Positions 59,400 through 64,000 of a DNA stretch of 64,000 nt are shown here, piece by piece; the first letter of the stretch is position 1; the number at the start of each line of letters is the position of its first letter. The translations under genes were made by a program, and so were the position numbers. The notes under the pieces are model-generated. The model was not told the DNA's origin and did no database searches. It was given only the letters and a program-made list of their open reading frames with translations. Where the stretch lies: positions 32,001 to 96,000 of the IMG/VR virus record IMGVR_UViG_3300043470_000217. One strand, written 5' to 3'. This DNA comes from a virus.

Positions 59400-59636
59400 A
59401 TGGATGAAAATAAAGAGCTTACACCTGAAGAGGTAAAAGAGCGTAAAGAAAAGTTAGTTCAGTATTATACTGAACAGGTAGAATTCTTAACTGTACAGTT
59501 AGAGTATGAGACGTTAGTTACACAGATTGAGGAACAGAGAGCTAAGCGCTTGCAGTTTCAAGTTATGGTGGCTAATATGTTGGCCCCGGATGAAGAGGAG
59601 GAAGAGGAAAAGCCAAGAACACTTAAGAGGTCATGA
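59400..59636 (+). CDS. Small coiled-coil protein
   Basis: Heptads; ATGA overlap with the next gene. Confidence 0.6.
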   Translation: MDENKELTPEEVKERKEKLVQYYTEQVEFLTVQLEYETLVTQIEEQRAKRLQFQVMVANMLAPDEEEEEEKPRTLKRS

Positions 59637-60001
59637 TCGTAAATCAAGTTAGTAAGAAGGTTAAGATGGATAAGAGTGATATTGTAAAGTATCAACTCCT
59701 CACCCATTGTTATCTTGAAAGGATTAACGTTAGTAACGCTGATCTTGATTGTCTTACTATGCTTGCATTTAATGGGGAGATTGAGCTTACCGAGTTTTGT
59801 AATTATGTATCAGATGAGGGGATCTTCAAGACCCCTCAATCTGTTAGAAATGCAGTCATCAAGTTTGAACGCAAAGGCATGATTGAAAAGAATGGTAAGG
59901 GAAGGAAGATGATTAAGTTGGCACCCGTCCTTAATGTGCAAGCCACTGGTAATGTTTTATTAGATTATAAATTTGTAAGTATTGAACCCCAAGAAGTATA
60001 A
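59633..60001 (+). CDS. Winged-helix DNA-binding protein
   Basis: TPQSVRNAVIKFERKGMIEK. Confidence 0.6.
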   Translation: MIVNQVSKKVKMDKSDIVKYQLLTHCYLERINVSNADLDCLTMLAFNGEIELTEFCNYVSDEGIFKTPQSVRNAVIKFERKGMIEKNGKGRKMIKLAPVLNVQATGNVLLDYKFVSIEPQEV

Positions 60002-60365
60002 AGATATCTTAAAGCAAACGTCTATAGAATTAGAGATGGAACAGAAAGTAGTTAAAGCTGTTACTGACTTTTACTGGGACAAAGCTAGGAAGTCTTTATC
60101 TTCTCTAGAGGATCCGCACGTACTTATAGATGGCCTTGGTACTTTTAATATTAAATGGGATATTCTACAAACTAGTATCCGGAGATATTCTGAGTACTTA
60201 GCAAATAGAGAGAACTTAGTTTTTTCAAGATATCATGTGTACAAGGGTACAGTAGATAAGCTAGAGAAAATGCAAGCACTAGAAATCAAAATGAAAGAAG
60301 AATATGAGAAAAAGAAAGATCATAGAAAAAATAAAAAACAACAAACTGACAACACTCTGGAATAA
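59982..60365 (+). CDS. HU/IHF-like DNA-binding protein
   Basis: ILKQTS...VKAVTDFYW...VLIDGLGTF; usual position upstream of the crAss-like terminase. Confidence 0.6.
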   Translation: MNPKKYKDILKQTSIELEMEQKVVKAVTDFYWDKARKSLSSLEDPHVLIDGLGTFNIKWDILQTSIRRYSEYLANRENLVFSRYHVYKGTVDKLEKMQALEIKMKEEYEKKKDHRKNKKQQTDNTLE

Positions 60366-60639
60366 TAAGTCTTTAATCCTAGAAGGAATTAAGAACTATT
60401 TATTTACTACAGATACTATTGAGCAGATTGCATTAGAGCGCAACACTATATGTATGGCTTGCCCTAATTATGATGTTACCGGGGCTAGTTGTTTGGCACC
60501 AGGTTCACAACCATGTTGCTCTAACTGTGGGTGTTCGTTAAAATTCAAGACTAGAAGTTTATCTTCTGAGTGTCCTGTAAAGAAATGGCCGGCATTACTT
60601 ACTCAAGAAGAGGAGGATGATTTATTATCTAAGTTATGA
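60304..60639 (+). CDS. Cys-rich zinc-binding protein
   Basis: CMACP...CCSNCGCSL...CPVKKW. Confidence 0.6.
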   Translation: MRKRKIIEKIKNNKLTTLWNNKSLILEGIKNYLFTTDTIEQIALERNTICMACPNYDVTGASCLAPGSQPCCSNCGCSLKFKTRSLSSECPVKKWPALLTQEEEDDLLSKL

Positions 60640-61451
60640 GCGTAATATTTAAATCACAAAACCACAAGTATGAATCTGTTGATTCATCTGAAGTAATAGA
60701 GTGGACTTCTGTCACCTCTTTTATATCTAAGTATAAGAAACCTTTTGATGCTCAGACTGTAGCAGAGAAATCATCTAAGTCTAAGAAGTCTAAGTGGTAT
60801 GGTATGTCTGTACAAGATATCTTGCAAGCTTGGGAGAATGAATCTACTAGAGCTATTGATCAAGGTAACTGGTATCACAACCAGCGTGAAGCTGACCTAC
60901 TTCAATTGAATACTATTGAAAGACATGGTTGTATTTTACCTATTATTAGACCTCTTATTACGGATGATATTAAATATGCTCCACCACAGAAGTTGCAAGA
61001 GGGTATGTATCCTGAGCATTTTGTATACTTAAAGTCTGCGGGTATATGTGGTCAATCAGATCTTGTAGAAGTGGCAAAAGGAGAGGTGAATATTACAGAC
61101 TACAAAACCAATAAAGAAATCAAGAAGGAATCATATGTAAATTGGGAGGGTGTATCACAGAAAATGCTAATGCCTGTTAGTCACTTAGATGACTGTAACT
61201 TTTGGCATTATGCACTACAGTTGTCCACTTATATGTATATTATATTGAAGCATAACCCTAAACTTAAGCCAGGGAAGATCACTATTCACCACGTATTGTT
61301 CTATACAGACGGTACAGATAAGTTTGGAAATCCTATTACTAAGCTAGATGACCAAGGAGAACCTTTAGTTAAAAAGATTGTGCCTTATGATCTACCTTAT
61401 CTTAAAGCTGAGGTTATTAACTTAATTAAACATAAGCAAGATGCTAATTAA
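60636..61451 (+). CDS. PD-(D/E)xK nuclease
   Basis: HKY...SVTSFI, GQSDLV...ITDYKTNK, HYALQLSTY. Confidence 0.82.
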   Translation: MSVIFKSQNHKYESVDSSEVIEWTSVTSFISKYKKPFDAQTVAEKSSKSKKSKWYGMSVQDILQAWENESTRAIDQGNWYHNQREADLLQLNTIERHGCILPIIRPLITDDIKYAPPQKLQEGMYPEHFVYLKSAGICGQSDLVEVAKGEVNITDYKTNKEIKKESYVNWEGVSQKMLMPVSHLDDCNFWHYALQLSTYMYIILKHNPKLKPGKITIHHVLFYTDGTDKFGNPITKLDDQGEPLVKKIVPYDLPYLKAEVINLIKHKQDAN

Positions 61452-61956
61452 ACTATTTGACATAGTAAACAACAAAGTAGTACCTACGGAACACTGTTAT
61501 ACAATATCGTCTTTGAATGATATAATGACTGAGTACCCGGATGATTACTTAAAAGTATATACCTACCTGTTCTATATGACTTGTCCTAATCCTGATCTTA
61601 ACCCTTTCTTTAATGTTCCTGAACATGAGAAAGAAGAGATCATTATGTCAGAGATTGATATGGATATTTCTACTGAAGACAATTTGATTATTCGGGGTAT
61701 GAGCACGTGTAAGAAATTATATGAGACTCCTACGTATAGAACGTATGTAGGTATTAAGTCTATGCTAGATAGATTGGCCCATTATATGGAGACTACAGAA
61801 ATCCAGCATGGTAGAGATGGTAACATCACTGCATTAGTAAACGCTGCTGCTAAGTTTGAGCAGATTAGGCAATCTTTTAAAGGGGCTTATAAAGATTTAG
61901 CTGAAGAACAACAAAGCCAAGTAAGAGGAAATATAGGATTAGCTTATGACCAATAA
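61441..61956 (+). CDS. Conserved packaging-module protein (possible small terminase)
   Basis: Directly upstream of terL; ends QVRG. Function is inferred. Confidence 0.45.
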   Translation: MLIKLFDIVNNKVVPTEHCYTISSLNDIMTEYPDDYLKVYTYLFYMTCPNPDLNPFFNVPEHEKEEIIMSEIDMDISTEDNLIIRGMSTCKKLYETPTYRTYVGIKSMLDRLAHYMETTEIQHGRDGNITALVNAAAKFEQIRQSFKGAYKDLAEEQQSQVRGNIGLAYDQ

Positions 61957-62167
61957 TACGGAACAAAATTTATATGGATGGTTGTTTACATATAACCCCC
62001 ATACCAAACTATGGAGTGCTTTTAAATCTGAGGATAAAGAAGCATATTTTAATAATACTAAAGAATGTAAGTCTAGGATTTCATCTAAGACAATTGATAC
62101 ATTACTTTATATGATTATTAAATATAACGGACATGTTGAAGAACCTGAAGATCTAGTAAATGAGTGA
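61946..62167 (+). CDS. Hypothetical protein
   Basis: WLFTYNPHTKLWSAF; overlaps the terL start. Confidence 0.5.
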   Translation: MTNNTEQNLYGWLFTYNPHTKLWSAFKSEDKEAYFNNTKECKSRISSKTIDTLLYMIIKYNGHVEEPEDLVNE

Positions 62168-64000
62168 AATTATAGAGATACCAACCTGGGATAATGGTGC
62201 ATGGACTATTAGTACATTTTCTTCTAAAGAGGAATGGAGAGAGTATGTACTTACATTATTTAAAGAACCGGGTCAGTATAACTTTAATGAAACAGCTTTA
62301 TTGTTTAATAAAGAAGCCACTGTATTTAATAAGTTAGGCTTTTATACTGTTGCACCATTTAAATCTAAAGATTACATCTATTACTGGGATGATCAGAAAA
62401 AGAAATGTAGGACCGGAGTATTGTACAAGGATGGCAAGAATGTATGGTATCTAACTAGAGACTATTACATGTGGCTTAACTTCCTACCTATTTATGATAA
62501 GGAAGAGAAGAAGTTTGGATTTGCTAAAGTCCGGGATGCACAGTATCACATGGCATTGTATGAAGTACTAGCTGAATTGTACTACAAACATGTAGCAATC
62601 TTGAAGAAACGTCAGATTGCATCATCATACTTTCATGCTGGTAAGTTAATTAATTCATTATGGTTTGAAGAGGGTGTAACTCTTAAAATAGGTGCTTCTC
62701 TGAAAGACTATATAAATGATAAAGGTACTTGGAAGTTTTTAGATGAGTACGCATCTTTCTTAAATGAACATACAGCCTGGTATAGACCTATGAACCCGGA
62801 TAAAGTTATGCTATGGCAGCAAAAGATTGAGGTAAGAAAAGGCAATAAGAAAACTGAGGTAGGATTAAAAGGTACTATACAAGGTATGTCCTTTGAGAAA
62901 TCTGCAACAGCCGGTGTGGGTGGTCCTTGTCAGTATTTCTTCCATGAGGAAGCAGGTATTGCTCCTAAGATGGGGGAAACATATGAGTACCTACGGCCAG
63001 CATTACAGTCTGGTATGGTGACTACAGGTGTATTTATTGCAGCAGGATCTGTGGGTGATTTGGATCAGTGTGAACCATTGAAGAATCTTATCATGAATCC
63101 TGAAGCTAATGACATCTTTGCAGTAGAAACTAATCTATTAGACGGTAAAGGAACCATTGGTACAGCTGGATTATTTATTCCAGAACAATGGTCTATGATG
63201 CCATTTGTAGATAAGTATGGTAACTCATTAGTAGAGGAAGCTTTAGAAGCTATTAAAGAAGAGAGAATTAAGTGGAAGAAAGAGATTGAGCCTGATAAGT
63301 ATCAGTTGCGTATTTCTCAGAAACCTACAAATATTGAAGAGGCATTTGCATTTAGACGGGAATCTGTGTTTGCAGTGCACTTACTTGCTGCTCAGTTGAG
63401 GAGAATTGAAGACAAAGAATATCCTTATGAATTATTAGAATTATACAGGGATGAACATAACAACTTAACCGTAAAAGACTCTAACAAATTACCTATCAAT
63501 GAGTTCCCTATTTCTAAAAAGACGGAGGATAAAAGTGGCTGTCTGGTCGTGTGGGAGAGACCTAAAAAAGATCCCACATTTGGAATGTACTATGCAAGTA
63601 TTGACCCGGTTTCTGAAGGTAAGACTACTACCTCTGATTCTCTTTGTTCTATTTTTGTTTATAAAGCCCCTGTTGAAGTATCTAGAGAAGAGAATGGAGA
63701 GCAGAAAACGCATATAGAACAGGATAAAATTGTAGCAGCTTGGTGTGGGCGTTTTGATGATATCAAAAAAACACATGAAAGATTAGAGCTAATTATAGAA
63801 TGGTATAATGCTTGGACACTAGTGGAGAATAACGTATCTTTATTTATTCAATATATGATCTCCCAGAGAAAGCAAAGATATCTTGTAACTAAAGATCAGA
63901 TCTTATTCCTGAAAGATATTGGTAGTAATGCCAGTGTATATCAGCAATATGGTTGGAGAAACACGGGTACATTATTTAAAGCACACCTTATCTCTTATGC
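62160..64000 (+). CDS. terL: Terminase large subunit (3'-truncated; missing from ORF track)
   Basis: Read by hand from ATG 62160: LKKRQIASSY (Walker A-like), FFHEEAG (Walker B), YYASIDPV and VENN (RNase H-like nuclease). Confidence 0.88.
   Translation, partial: MSEIIEIPTWDNGAWTISTFSSKEEWREYVLTLFKEPGQYNFNETALLFNKEATVFNKLGFYTVAPFKSKDYIYYWDDQKKKCRTGVLYKDGKNVWYLTRDYYMWLNFLPIYDKEEKKFGFAKVRDAQYHMALYEVLAELYYKHVAILKKRQIASSYFHAGKLINSLWFEEGVTLKIGASLKDYINDKGTWKFLDEYASFLNEHTAWYRPMNPDKVMLWQQKIEVRKGNKKTEVGLKGTIQGMSFEKSATAGVGGPCQYFFHEEAGIAPKMGETYEYLRPALQSGMVTTGVFIAAGSVGDLDQCEPLKNLIMNPEANDIFAVETNLLDGKGTIGTAGLFIPEQWSMMPFVDKYGNSLVEEALEAIKEERIKWKKEIEPDKYQLRISQKPTNIEEAFAFRRESVFAVHLLAAQLRRIEDKEYPYELLELYRDEHNNLTVKDSNKLPINEFPISKKTEDKSGCLVVWERPKKDPTFGMYYASIDPVSEGKTTTSDSLCSIFVYKAPVEVSREENGEQKTHIEQDKIVAAWCGRFDDIKKTHERLELIIEWYNAWTLVENNVSLFIQYMISQRKQRYLVTKDQILFLKDIGSNASVYQQYGWRNTGTLFKAHLISY

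Noticed and set aside
63489-63776. Short ORFs listed near the window end
   Set aside because: Shadows of the terminase frame, which runs off the window.
1-64000. Stop-codon reassignment (TAG/TGA) as in some crAss-like phages
   Set aside because: Giant ORFs and conserved enzymes are intact in code 11, TAG and TGA end genes at sensible boundaries, and no suppressor tRNA was seen.

Overview
A 64-kb internal fragment of an AT-rich crAss-like (Crassvirales-type) phage genome that probably infects a Bacteroidota host and uses the standard genetic code. Left to right: (1) 1-9.9 kb (+): 5'-truncated virion RNA polymerase (GGDFDIDK) and a second giant ejection-type protein. (2) 9.9-11.5 kb: holin-like gene, free-standing NUMOD3 endonuclease and endolysin. 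(3) 11.5-18.1 kb: an unusual eight-gene cell-envelope operon. It encodes a secreted zincin, a cohesin-dockerin-cohesin-T9SS-CTD protein, membrane proteins, a CsgG-family lipoprotein, a probable outer-membrane protein with a nested +1-frame ORF, and a C-type-lectin-dockerin protein. (4) Tail fibre, dcd and phoH. (5) 22.3-43 kb (mostly -): replication, recombination and nucleotide genes (GroES, two DnaA-domain-IV proteins, PolB, MoxR/VWA, RusA, primase, SSB, Sak4-like, DnaB, UDG, SF2 helicase, ThyA). (6) 43-58 kb (-): small early-type ORFs, plus three tRNA-like elements with aberrant anticodon arms, one canonical tRNA-Leu(UAA) followed by a ~207-nt structured RNA, and a twister-ribozyme-like element. 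(7) A repeat- and palindrome-rich divergence region at 58.1-58.6 kb. (8) The start of the packaging module, ending in a 3'-truncated large terminase. All calls come from reading motifs by eye; no database searches were run.
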